This document shows positions 51,701-60,057 of a stretch of DNA of 64,000 nucleotides, in pieces (the stretch's first letter is position 1; each line of letters begins with the position of its first letter). The notes below the pieces were generated by a model, which worked only from the letters and a program-made list of their open reading frames with translations, was not told where the DNA came from and did no database searches. The DNA comes from Antedon mediterranea (Eukaryota; Animalia; Echinodermata). Position numbers and translations under genes: made by a program. The stretch is from contig NC_092672.1 of NCBI RefSeq assembly GCF_964355755.1, positions 36,772,437 to 36,836,436 on the forward strand, read 5' to 3'.

Positions 51701-54700
51701 CAGACAGCAGAAATGCATGAATGTTTTTAACTCACTAATTCTGATTAAAAAAAATGTTAAATGACATTTTGCTAATTTTAATATGACATTATAAAAGCAT
51801 AATAATATATGTTTACAGTAATAATATTAATAAATGACATAAAATAAAAGGTTGAAATATGCATACATTAGTTATTGTAACTAAAAACAAATTGTTAAAT
51901 TATGTTTCAATATTAATTTCCAAATATTGAGCTTTCTAAATTGTAATAGAACAGATTCATAAATTGTTGAAAATGTGTTTGGCTGGGGAATAATTCTGGG
52001 TTGGTTTTTTTATAGATTGGTTTGGGCTACTTGTGAACAGAAAAATAGACTTCGACTACACTAGATTTGAAAATGAGTGTTGTTTAATATTTCTATTTCC
52101 AAAAATGCTGGTCAAATCTGTGATTAATTTTGATATTCTGATGGAAGGAAGATAAAACTTTTCAAACTCAAATAATATTTGTGGATTAATAGTACCAATA
52201 GACAATCCCTAACTGTTTCAGCTAGCTTTACTAGGGGGTGTTTTAATCGGACCATGACCTTACCATACTGAGAGGTTGTACTGTAGCTTGAACGCATTTG
52301 ACTTGACCAATTACCTAATATTAATAAATTTTTAATTTATCTAATATTTTCAAGATTAAGAAATTAAATTGTTGTTTAATGTTAGCAATATATTCTGTTT
52401 AATTTTATTTCTTATAAATTAAAAAAAAATTAATATTAGTAATTTAGTATTTAAACATTTCAAAATAAAAATGATCATTTAACAATAATCGTTAAGATGA
52501 AACACAATAGATAATTGATAACTGGTGTTAATTTATTTGTTTAATTGAATTGTAAAAATTAATTAAACTACCTCAATTATGACAATCATTAGTTAATGAT
52601 CAAGTTAATTATCTGTTTTGTAACTTTAAAGAGGATATTCCTAATTATCACATTAATGTGTTCATACATACAAAACATTATGTCTTGACCAACATTAATG
52701 TCTAAACCAACATTAATGTCTTCATACACAAACTCAACTTTATGCAAAATTAATTACTTGATTAGAAATAACAAACATCATCATACAAAGTATGATGTCA
52801 TTGTTTCCATGGATACATAATCACAAGCTTGGTTTTAATTTCTAAAGTTAGAAACAGTAATTTTCAGATTTCAACCATAGATTACGATGGCCAGTTATGG
52901 AATGATTTTCAATGTTTCTTGTTGATAAAAGTTTATCTGTTTGTGAAAGTGATTCTATAAGTAGCACACAGAAGAGCTTATTATTTTAAACTAGACATAA
53001 CTATATATACATTCTATTGTTTCACATGTTATTTTTTATCTTTTCATATTCTAAATTGATATTTATCTGTATGAAGGGCTAGTACTGCTCTGCTAATTTT
53101 TCTGGCAGTTTTACTTTATCATTTTGATTTAGCTTTTTGCTGATTATATTTTGAGATCCAGCCACTGATACCCACATCATTGTTATTTTTTCAGTAATTT
53201 GCCTTTGGATTTATATATTTATAATACTGTATATTTATTTGTATTTAGAGACCGTGATTTAACATTTTTTTATCTTGTATAAATGCGCAAATTTCGGCAA
53301 AAATACTGAACAAACAAAAAGCACAAGCATTGTTTTGTTTACAATTACAGCAAGCCAAGGAACAAAGGAATGCTACAACTCAGTAAAAGACAAAACTATA
53401 CATTCCAAAATAAAGAAAATAAGCTGCCAAGTTAACAGAAAGAACTGAAATAGAGATGGACGAAGAGTCACAGAATGGCGAGAACTGAAACGACAAGACG
53501 AGGAAGACAAAAAAGATGGAAAGATGACATAAAAAGATATCTGATTTATAGGGTATTGCTAAACACTGCAAACCCCCGCAAACCTCCAAAAAACCATAGC
53601 AAACCCCACGGAACCAACATAAAAGTGATTGAATAATGTAGTGTACGACCCACTGGGTATATAAATTATAAAATTTCTACCATTAACTACTTTTTTGGGG
53701 ATAAAACATTTTTTGGTTAAAAATTTTTTTTTCATTTTTGACCAAAAAATGATGTTTTACCCCAAAAATAAGTAGTTAACAGTAGAAATTTAATTTTTTT
53801 TTTTACATGGATATACCCAGTGGGTTGTACACTACATGATTCAATCACTTTTATGTTGGTTCAATGGGGTTTGCTATGTTTTTTTGGAGGTTTGCAGGGG
53901 TTTGCGGTGTTTAGCAATACCCTATCTGGGTACCCTATCTGATTACAGAGAACTGGTCAATAGCTTTAGAGAAAATGAATTGGAAAATGCGAGAGAAGTT
54001 GCATCCATTCCAGCAACTTTCACTTGCAATAAACTTTTGCGAGAGTTTCATGATTTAAATCAAATCTCTTTATTCATCTTATCAAAAACAATACACGTAA
54101 CAAAAAGGAGTAAACACAATTAAAAAAGATAAAAGGGACTTCCAGGGAACCCTAAGGGCTTGTGATAGGGGCTGCGAATATTTTTCAGAAAGTATTAATG
54201 AGGAGGTTGCGCATATGATGGTTGACGCCAACTTGTAGACAATGGACAAACTGATTCACAAATTGTTTATGTCGCGAAAGGTTTGGTTTTACAGTAACCT
54301 AAAAATGAGTTGTGCTGGGTGTGACTAAGTGAGGGATGTTGATTTTGAAGTCAAATTAAGGTAAAACTAAGATAAGTTGCAGAAACCGTTCAGAAATGGT
54401 TCAGGCATTTTATTTCTGTACCCTTTCTGCTTACTTACAATAAATGTATGGTAGTGATATGACATTATCGTGTCCATATATGAGCACATCACATTTTGTT
54501 GTCATCATCAAATTTAATAGTATAGACAGATTATTAAAGCATATTCTCCGGCTCAATAGAAACTGCTCAACTGAATTACTGATGTCACTAAATAAATTTT
54601 ACTGATCAAATGCAAGTGGTGACTCGACCTTGGCAATGAAATATCTCAAGGTCACTATACGCTCTTTCCCTGTAAACTTACGTTATACTGTCGTTTGTAG

Positions 54701-57700
54701 AGTTGTTCTCATATGGCCTGACAAACCACTTCCCAATACGTACAAAATTCTGACCCAGGAGGTTTCTGAAAAAAAAAAAAAAAAAGAAACATTATATTTT
54801 AACTGTGGGCCACCCACGATAAACCTGATGTTTACAGGACATACCACAAAAATGTATTAATGACTGGTGTGGTAGGTATGATACTGTGGTTTTTACTTGG
54901 TGTATGGTAGATGGTACAGTAAGGTCATTAAGTGAACAAATGCTGCACTGGACAGCATGGGGTCTAGGTGATAGGTCCTGTTAGGCTACTGTACACCCTG
55001 GGCTATAGTTAAAGTCCTGCTAGGTGATAGATTCGACTAGGCTGTATACAGGCTGGGCTACTGTACATCATAGGCTATAGTACTGTATAAAACCTGCTAG
55101 GTGATAGATCCGACTAGGCTGTACACAGCCAGGGCTATTGGTCCTGCTAGGCTACTGTACATCATAGCCTATAGTACTGTATAAGACCTGCTAGGTGATA
55201 GATCTGACTAGGCTGTACACAGCCTGGGCTATTGGTCCTGCTAGGCTACTTACTGTACATCATAGGCTATATAGTACTGTATAATACCTGCTACTAGGTG
55301 ATAGATCTGACTAGGCTATACACAGCCTGGACTATTGGTCCTGCTAGGTTACTGTACATTCTAGGCTATAGTACAAGTCCTGCTAGGTGATAAATCTTAC
55401 TAGGCTGTACACAGCCAGGGCTATTGGTCCTGCTAGGCTACTGTACATCATAGGCTATAGTACTGTACAGTACCAGCGAGAATTACTGCCCCTTTTTGGA
55501 CGCGACGGACGCGTCGAGTGTCCGTCCAATTTGCGTCCACGACGCGTCCATTCATAAACTAAACCAATGATTTGGACGCACTTTCGTCGGGCGGGCCGTG
55601 ACCTCGCTATCTGAGTCTGTTTTTGTTATTGTTCGCGACCGTATTCATATTCAAATGACATCGGAAAACTAAGCCTGACTGTTGAGCAGGGTCGGCTGTA
55701 TTGGTGTTTGTTTATAAAATACTTTCACATTCACAAACAATATAATTAAAAAATAAATAAAGTTAGCCTACGACTTGTGTGTGTTGTGTTTATTTTTATC
55801 TGCCGAATAATTCGTCCAAAAAGCCAGTTTCGTGCGAAACTGTGTCTATATCCATCGCTAGCCCGCCGTGTGATCTAGCCGGCCGGTTCACTGTCTAGCA
55901 CGTACACCACCGCCTGAGATCGGCCTAGCGTACTCGATCAATAATCATCGTCATGATACAGTATATTTTGTTCATATGAATCATTTTATGGAAGAATATT
56001 TTTTTAATAACGAGGCCTCTATTTCATGTTGAATTATTGATATGATCATAGAGAAATAAGTTATATTTAAATGTAATATGATGAGTTAAAACTGTGGAAG
56101 AAGGCTCAACAAAATCATGTAGCCTACAGTATGTACTGTACACCAAAGATTATATAGCGCAATCTTTGCTGTACACTGTCAATTTATATCTCCATGGTCG
56201 TCATAGCGCGCAACAAAGAGCACGTGATATTTTTCTACTCCATTTTGGATCCCAGCAATATTGCAACCATGTTCTACCGCTGCTGAAAAGCGGGTTGATG
56301 ACCCTGTTGATGACGTACAGTACAACACTAGGCATTCTGTGTACGCTTTGCTTATAAATATTAAGAAATATTTTTTTTACGCTATAATGATGTTCCTCTC
56401 TGATCATGTTAAGATTACAGTGTTTGTATAATTGTAATAATGACTGTAATAATATTTTTTTAGTTAATGTTATTTTGTACCAATTTTGGGGTCTAAGCAT
56501 AGAGATATTATAGTGAAGTTCACTATAATATCTCTATGCTTAGACCCCAAAATTGGTACAAAAAAACAAGGGCGGGTGTTAGAATTTGATACACTGAATA
56601 GAAAAAGACAAAGCGATTTAAAACAAAAAAGCCAAGGGCGGGTGCTAGAATTTAATATAATGAATAAAAATAGGTTGAGGATATTATATAGTGTTACAAA
56701 ACTACATGTACTGCACCATTTTTGTCCATTACAATGTGTCGATTTTTTAATTAGTATATAAAATTCATTGCTTCGCTCGGACAGCAAAAGCAAACTATTT
56801 TTCACACACTCGGGTCGCCGCGAACGGTCGAGTTAGGTAAATATGCTATCACGTGGTTTTACTGCATGGCAGGCACACGTGGTTTCAGCACTGCATTTCC
56901 CGCAAGTCCCGTTCGGCGGTTTCTTTTCGTTCTTTTTAGGCGGCGTGCCAAAGAAGTTTTTTGACATTCGATACTCACAATTCATTGCTTCGCTCGGACA
57001 GCGAAAGAAACATATTTTCACACACTCGGGTCTAGTCGCCGAACGTTCGAGTTTGGTAAATATGCTATCACATGGTTTTACTGCATGGCAGGCACACGTG
57101 GTTTCAGCACTGCATTTCCCGCAAGTCTCGTTCAGCGGTTTCTTTTTAGGCGGCGTGCCAAAGAAGTTTTTTGACATCCGATAATAATTTTACTCACAAA
57201 AAATCAGTCTTTCTTGCCCATATAGTAAGCTGTAGTACTAATGAACTGGTATCTATACGCACTTATTCATTAATTCGTTTTTTAGAGGTTTTTTTTTTGC
57301 ATGTTATTAACTACTGTAGTATAAAATACATTTCGTTTAATACAGGTTTTCACGGGTTGAGAAAACATCGTACAGAATATAACTGTAGTACAGTAACAAT
57401 GCGGAGCTTTTGTTTACGTTAACACCGGCGTGGTTAGCTCAAACACAAAGGACGTTGGTCTAAGGTCAAATCACGTCAGACGCGTCGATATAATGGACGC
57501 GAAGTGGACGCGTCATGGACGTATTCATGCCGCGTCTGCCGCGTCCGAATTGGGCAGTAATTCTCGCTGGTACTGTATAAGACCTACTAGGTGATAGATC
57601 CGACTAGGCTGTACAGTACAGAAAGAAAATACTGCAACTTTACCTACGAAGTAGCTTCGTAGATAGAACGTAGGCTACGTTGTTGGGTTCGTAGGTTCCA

Positions 57701-60057
57701 TTGTTTGGCTTCGTAACCTCAATAAACAACTTTCAATGAGCTACGTTCTGAACTTCGTAGGGAGTTCGTAACCAAAATAAACAACCCTACGATGTTCTTA
57801 GTGAAGTAAGGTGTGAAATTAATGTGTTAAATTTAATTGGCGGAGGACAAAGTTGTAAATTAATAAAAAATAAATAATATTTTTTAAACGTAATATTTTC
57901 CTTCGTGCGTGTTTACCTACTCAACGGCAAATATAAATTTCCCACAATGTAACGTAGAGAGAGACACGATCCAACACAGGTGAACCGCAACGAACATGCC
58001 AACTAATAAACATAATATAGCGAACGTCCCATCCAGAAACGATGCCGAAAAAAAAAAGATCGTAAACAATTCATTCTAAATATAGCATCAGGACGTTCAA
58101 TCGGTCGTTCAAAAAGACTGCCGACAGAACGACCGTAATTAATACAGACCTAGTTTTTTTTTTGGTCACTTGGCATGAAACGCGATACTCTCTGCTTACC
58201 GCAATCTCTCACATGTTTTTTTTTTAGGGTGGCTACCGTCTGACGACGATAAAACAGTAATTAAGATCGTGTACCTGGATTTTGTGTCACATGACATGAA
58301 ACATAATACTCTCTTTAAACTGCTCAGCTCACATGTTTTTTCCCCTCCAAATTCTGGTCGGGCCTTTTTCTTTATACATGTCGTAATCATTTTAAAAGGC
58401 CTATTTATTTATGTTAAATCTTAATATGGAATATATATTTATTTTGCATATATTTTGTTGGTGTCCTAGCCTAGTTGTCGTTGTTTTTATAATTCGCTAA
58501 CCCAACAAGGTAGGAATAAATAATTTATAGTGTAGGCCGCCGAAACAGGCTAGCTAGGCCTAGCCTCGACTCTCTCTACGTGAGCTGATGTCCACCGGCC
58601 CGATGTCGTTTCGTCGGCGGATTTCCGTCCAAATTAGGATAACAAACAATTCATCGTAGGCTACAAACAATACATCGTAGGAGAGAACAATTACCTACGA
58701 TGTAGGGCGGCTACAAAAATTGACCTACTATCTTTAGGTAGGATTTTAATTAGCAAACAATACATTGTTTGTTTGCATTGTCCATGCTTCTTTCTACGAA
58801 CCACCCTACGATCGAGGCGTAGCCTAGATTTCATAACAATACATCGTAGGCTACGAACAATACATCGTAGATAGGAGAGAACAATACATCGTAGGCTACG
58901 AACAATACATCGTAGGAGAGAACAATACATCGTAGGCTACAAACAATACATCGTAGGCTACAAACAATACATCGTAGGAGAGAACAATGACCTACGTTCT
59001 ACCTACGATCTACCTACGAAAGCCTACGCGTAGATACGAAGCAGTAATTTCTTTCTGTACTGTACACAGCCAGGGCTATTGGTCCTGCTAGGCTACTGTA
59101 CATCATAGGCTATTCCATTTTGTGTATTATTCTTTTAGAAATAACAGTACATTGTGTATGCAAGCAAATCAATATGTCTACACCCCCAAGAGCAGCTTGG
59201 CAGGTGAATGCTCAGGTTAAGAACCCCAGTCTACCTACTACAGTACAGCAGGTTACCAGTTGGAATGACGTTCAGGGTCAAAGATACAAACAATAAAACT
59301 GATGACATTGTCCTGACCTTGTAATTATTCTAACATGCATTTATTCCTATGTGCAAAAGGAAATGTGTTATATTGTATATTCACTGTACAAAGTCTAAAT
59401 ACTAAGAATCAGAAGAATGCAAAGTAATGGTAATGATAACATTCATGTTTTATACATAGTTACATCATGGTTACATACAGTATGTAACAGAATCTGTATG
59501 TTTACATTGTCACATGATGAATGTATTATGTTGTGTTGTACATTCTGACCTACATTCTTTGCCCACCCAGTGCGCTTGACCGCGAAATAATGACATTTGA
59601 TGCTTTTTAGATTTTCATGAGATTTTAAGGCCCGTTTCTGCTGTGAGCAAATAATTAAATAAATTACTCTTGGTATTAGAAATGGTACCAATTTCTTTTT
59701 TTTTTTAATTTCTTTTTATTTTATACGCATCCAACAGCGAACCCAAACTCGCCAATTACATGATGAATAAACTATTTTATAATTTAATCATGCTTAAAAA
59801 GTAAGTCTCATTTGATGCTTAGGGAGTGAAGTTGAAAAAGTCGTGAGGAACAACCCTGGCACTAGGTCAGGATTGAACCCCGGACCTTGGGATTGGAAGG
59901 CAAGCATGTTAACCACCAAGCTCCACAATTTCAAATAATAATATTTCATAACATTAAATAAGCTTACATTACCTTTCAATAAGGTTGTGCAGTGCCTTAA
60001 ACAGTAGAGTCCGACACTCATACGACAATCCATCATCCCAATTCTTCTTCTCTTCAA
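13711..60057 (-). CDS. MED13: Mediator of RNA polymerase II transcription subunit 13 (MED13/MED13L orthologue), 5'-partial, 30 coding exons in window
   Basis: Spliced translation has hallmark MED13 blocks: [137 protein letters not shown] and C-terminal [23 protein letters not shown]. All 29 introns are GT-AG with matching phases. Confidence 0.98.
14006..14071. mobile_element. MITE family A, internally deleted
   Basis: AGCTCTG...GTTTGATAGTGTGGACAGAGCT with TAA flanks. Confidence 0.65.
14207..14481 (-). CDS. MED13: MED13 exon 29 of window (275 nt)
   Basis: [28 protein letters not shown]...[10 protein letters not shown]...[13 protein letters not shown]; cag acceptor, gtaagt donor. Confidence 0.96.
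14814..15178 (-). CDS. MED13: MED13 exon 28 of window (365 nt)
   Basis: [22 protein letters not shown]; cag acceptor, gtatgc donor. Confidence 0.94.
15418..15588 (-). ncRNA. Intronic box H/ACA snoRNA, SNORA23(ACA23)-like, copy 1
   Basis: Branched 5' hairpin (TGACTCTT/AAGGGTCA), H box AGATAA (15484-15489), 3' hairpin with CTGATG/CATCAG upper stem, ACA box at 15421-15423. Pocket GUCAUAGU + CUCC is complementary to 28S H69 GGAG-U-A-ACUAUGAC, with 14-15 nt from pocket top to ACA. Confidence 0.85.
15763..15924 (-). CDS. MED13: MED13 exon 27 of window (162 nt)
   Basis: DWNKLL...LCNMC...[13 protein letters not shown]; cag acceptor, gtaaag donor. Confidence 0.94.
16280..16652 (-). CDS. MED13: MED13 exon 26 of window (373 nt)
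   Basis: [24 protein letters not shown]...[16 protein letters not shown]...GRLGHGELK; cag acceptor, gtatct donor. Confidence 0.96.
16729..16902 (-). ncRNA. Intronic box H/ACA snoRNA, SNORA23-like, copy 2
   Basis: Near-identical to copy 1 with the same H box, ACA box (16732-16734) and pocket; about 75 nt upstream of the 3' splice site. Confidence 0.85.
17074..17265 (-). CDS. MED13: MED13 exon 25 of window (192 nt)
   Basis: IVP...[10 protein letters not shown]...KSMTGFGP; cag acceptor, gtatgt donor. Confidence 0.95.
17565..17704. mobile_element. MITE family A
   Basis: Both TIRs present, TAA/TTA flanks. Confidence 0.88.
17737..17969 (-). CDS. MED13: MED13 exon 24 of window (233 nt)
   Basis: [12 protein letters not shown]...GLVRCFMEM...VVLQ; cag acceptor, gttagt donor. 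Confidence 0.95.
18275..18460 (-). CDS. MED13: MED13 exon 23 of window (186 nt)
   Basis: [13 protein letters not shown] followed by S/P-rich linker; cag acceptor, gtaaga donor; phase 1-1. Confidence 0.9.
18676..18735 (-). CDS. MED13: MED13 exon 22 of window (60 nt)
   Basis: [13 protein letters not shown]; tag acceptor, gtgagt donor. Confidence 0.92.
18851..18971 (-). CDS. MED13: MED13 exon 21 of window (121 nt)
   Basis: [21 protein letters not shown]; cag acceptor, gtaagg donor. Confidence 0.94.
19394..19519 (-). CDS. MED13: MED13 exon 20 of window (126 nt)
   Basis: [23 protein letters not shown]...[10 protein letters not shown]; cag acceptor, gtgagt donor. Confidence 0.95.
19959..20056 (-). 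CDS. MED13: MED13 exon 19 of window (98 nt)
   Basis: [26 protein letters not shown]; cag acceptor, gtaaga donor. Confidence 0.94.
20149..20319 (-). CDS. MED13: MED13 exon 18 of window (171 nt)
   Basis: [12 protein letters not shown]...[10 protein letters not shown]; cag acceptor, gtacgt donor. Confidence 0.94.
21940..22196 (-). mobile_element. Diverged DeuSINE copy
   Basis: Reverse complement contains GAGTGGTTAAG, GAGTTCGAGGC, GTTCTGGTAGTGGAACA, TATAAACTGTAGGACCAGTGT and TTAAAGAAC. Confidence 0.72.
22285..22401 (-). CDS. MED13: MED13 exon 17 of window (117 nt)
   Basis: [18 protein letters not shown]...LLHSW; tag acceptor, gtaagt donor. Confidence 0.92.
22554..22667. mobile_element. MITE family A
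   Basis: Both TIRs present, TTA flanks. Confidence 0.82.
22792..23554 (-). CDS. MED13: MED13 exon 16 of window (763 nt)
   Basis: Overlaps ORF 22784..23539; [17 protein letters not shown] and [11 protein letters not shown] Cys motifs; tag acceptor, gtgagt donor. Confidence 0.96.
24034..24174 (-). CDS. MED13: MED13 exon 15 of window (141 nt)
   Basis: DWTYVFK...[11 protein letters not shown]...YKASWQ; tag acceptor, gtaagg donor. Confidence 0.94.
24284..24465. mobile_element. MITE family A
   Basis: Both TIRs present, three internal 21-bp units. Confidence 0.85.
24596..24813 (-). CDS. MED13: MED13 exon 14 of window (218 nt)
   Basis: [21 protein letters not shown]...MGSPRP; cag acceptor, gtgtgt donor. 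Confidence 0.94.
27155..27575. repeat. 23-bp minisatellite, about 18 copies
   Basis: ACATTCCCAAGATACAAAAGGAT repeated. Confidence 0.95.
27695..27868. mobile_element. Harbinger-like MITE family B
   Basis: AGCGTGGATCCCACTAG...CTAGTGTGAACCAAGCT imperfect TIRs, TAA/TTA flanks, internal palindromy (AATCACAAGCGA/TCGCTTGTGATT). Confidence 0.75.
27925..28027 (-). CDS. MED13: MED13 exon 13 of window (103 nt)
   Basis: [12 protein letters not shown]...; cag acceptor, gtatgt donor; phase 0-1. Confidence 0.87.
28108..28264. mobile_element. MITE family A
   Basis: Both TIRs, degenerate; lies between snoRNA copy 3 and the splice acceptor. Confidence 0.82.
28288..28458 (-). ncRNA. Intronic box H/ACA snoRNA, SNORA23-like, copy 3 (diverged)
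   Basis: H box AGATCA, ACA at 28291-28293, pocket sequences invariant, stems altered but still paired (TGAGG/CCTCA, GTGAC/GTCAT, CTGATGAA/TTCATCAG). Confidence 0.82.
28853..28971 (-). CDS. MED13: MED13 exon 12 of window (119 nt)
   Basis: [19 protein letters not shown]; tag acceptor, gtaagt donor. Confidence 0.93.
29299..29398 (-). CDS. MED13: MED13 exon 11 of window (100 nt)
   Basis: [17 protein letters not shown]...; ttttag acceptor, gtaagt donor; supplies the required phase 0 to 1 change. Confidence 0.83.
29468..29645. mobile_element. Tc1/mariner-like MITE, same family as 38787
   Basis: CAGTCAACTCTCCCAATACC...GGTATTGGGAGA. Confidence 0.7.
29753..29863 (-). CDS. MED13: MED13 exon 10 of window (111 nt, basic)
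   Basis: Open in phase 0-0, SGRTMSS...KAKPDKKKQ; tttacag acceptor, gtcagt donor. Confidence 0.78.
30983..31148 (-). CDS. MED13: MED13 exon 9 of window (166 nt)
   Basis: [11 protein letters not shown]...[12 protein letters not shown]; cag acceptor, gtaagt donor; phase 2-0. Confidence 0.88.
31522..32092. repeat. 73-bp minisatellite, 8 copies, each self-complementary
   Basis: Units start at 31522, 31595, 31668...; TAATGGGAT/ATCCCATTA arms in each unit. Confidence 0.95.
32317..33024 (-). CDS. MED13: MED13 exon 8 of window (708 nt, disordered region)
   Basis: Within ORF 32313..33065; [20 protein letters not shown]; cag acceptor, gtaagt donor. Confidence 0.92.
33374..33514 (-). CDS. MED13: MED13 exon 7 of window (141 nt)
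   Basis: [16 protein letters not shown]; cag acceptor, gtaagt donor; phase 2-2. Confidence 0.9.
35038..35150. mobile_element. MITE family A, partial
   Basis: Left TIR interrupted by TACTGTA, internal sequence intact. Confidence 0.75.
36030..36745. repeat. ~47-bp minisatellite, about 15 copies
   Basis: TGTTTTAGTAAATACTGCACAGTCAATTGTACCAATACCGGACATTA repeated. Confidence 0.95.
37849..38009. mobile_element. MITE family A
   Basis: GCTCTGTCTACAC...GTGTAGACAGAGC with three internal 21-bp units. Confidence 0.82.
38787..38949. mobile_element. Tc1/mariner-like MITE
   Basis: TA|CAGTCAACTCTC...GAGAGTTGACTG|TA; related copy at about 29468-29645. Confidence 0.8.
39656..39753. mobile_element. MITE family A, partial
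   Basis: One TIR plus internal units, ending about 10 nt from the exon donor at 39764. Confidence 0.75.
39764..39974 (-). CDS. MED13: MED13 exon 6 of window (211 nt), contains LTPPTSP
   Basis: [10 protein letters not shown]...LADQVWKDC; cag acceptor, gtaaga donor. Confidence 0.93.
40396..40530 (-). CDS. MED13: MED13 exon 5 of window (135 nt)
   Basis: [14 protein letters not shown]; cag acceptor, gtaagt donor; phase 1-1. Confidence 0.93.
41800..42035. repeat. 21-bp minisatellite
   Basis: ATGCCTAAATATGACAATGAT-like unit, about 9-11 copies. Confidence 0.9.
42885..43745. repeat. 23-bp minisatellite, about 35 copies
   Basis: GTCTAAGTAAGCATTAGTGTTCT with variant units. Confidence 0.95.
45343..45525 (-). 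CDS. MED13: MED13 exon 4 of window (183 nt)
   Basis: [15 protein letters not shown]...WKQFFP...PAVVEVLV; cag acceptor, gtcagt donor. Confidence 0.95.
45625..45930 (+). mobile_element. tRNA-derived SINE with Deu/Nin core domain
   Basis: A box TGGCCGAGCGG, B box GGTTCGAG, core GATAAGGACTATAAACCGTAGGTCC...TTAAAGAACC...AGTAGAGGGTTACCCTGGTGT resembling the DeuSINE domain as I recall it; AT-rich tail. Confidence 0.8.
46010..46435. repeat. ~20-bp degenerate minisatellite with ~56-bp higher-order repeat
   Basis: ATCTGACCCTTATTAGAG-like units. Confidence 0.85.
46540..46685 (-). CDS. MED13: MED13 exon 3 of window (146 nt)
   Basis: [32 protein letters not shown]; cag acceptor, gttagt donor. Confidence 0.95.
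49610..49760. repeat. Polypurine (GA-rich) low-complexity tract
   Basis: Almost all A/G on the plus strand for ~150 bp. Confidence 0.8.
50192..50353. mobile_element. MITE family A
   Basis: Both TIRs near perfect, TAA/TTA flanks. Confidence 0.88.
53549..53924. mobile_element. Fully palindromic MITE (~375 bp)
   Basis: TAGGGTATTGCTAAACAC...GTGTTTAGCAATACCCTA, with arms pairing over ~170 bp; fragments of the family at about 62340-62528 and 44515-44545. Confidence 0.88.
54682..54765 (-). CDS. MED13: MED13 exon 2 of window (84 nt)
   Basis: poly-T-cag acceptor, gtaagt donor; [21 protein letters not shown]. Confidence 0.95.
56473..56563. repeat. Perfect palindrome, 45-bp arms, 1-nt spacer
   Basis: TTTTGTACCAATTTTGGGGTCTAAGCATAGAGATATTATAGTGAA-G-reverse complement. 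Confidence 0.97.
56762..57178. repeat. ~215-bp tandem duplication inside the 2.1-kb element
   Basis: AATTCATTGCTTCGCTCGGACAGC...GCCAAAGAAGTTTTTTGACAT occurs twice. Confidence 0.9.
57614..59062. mobile_element. 1.45-kb non-autonomous Tc1/mariner-like element
   Basis: TIR CAGTACAGAAAGAAA(A/T)TACTGC, TA TSD, subterminal CTACGA/TCGTAG repeats; removing it restores CTAGGCTGTACACAGCC. Confidence 0.9.
59857..59927 (-). pseudogene. Degenerate tRNA-Gly(TCC)-like sequence or SINE head
   Basis: GTGGTTAACATGCTTGCCTTCCAATCCCAAGGTCCGGGGTTCAATCC; anticodon loop CTTCCAA and B-box remnant; stems broken. Confidence 0.55.
59973..60057 (-). CDS. MED13: MED13 exon 1 of window (85 nt)
   Basis: ttttcag acceptor, gtaatg donor; [28 protein letters not shown]. 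Confidence 0.95.

Larger units (their letters stand above)
55468..57575. mobile_element. 2.1-kb non-autonomous Tc1/mariner-like element
   Basis: Perfect 24-bp TIR CAGTACCAGCGAGAATTACTGCCC, TA TSD, subterminal GGACGCG motifs; removing it restores the flanking satellite unit. Confidence 0.9.
54960..59112. repeat. ~95-bp satellite split by two transposon insertions
   Basis: Unit CTGCTAGGTGATAGATCCGACTAGGCTGTACACAGCCAGGGCTATTGGTCC... at 54960-55467, 57576-57613 and 59063-59112. Confidence 0.88.

Noticed and set aside
56094-56805. Transposase ORF inside the 2.1-kb element
   Set aside because: The ORFs are short, partly generated by the palindrome, and have no DDE or HTH motifs.
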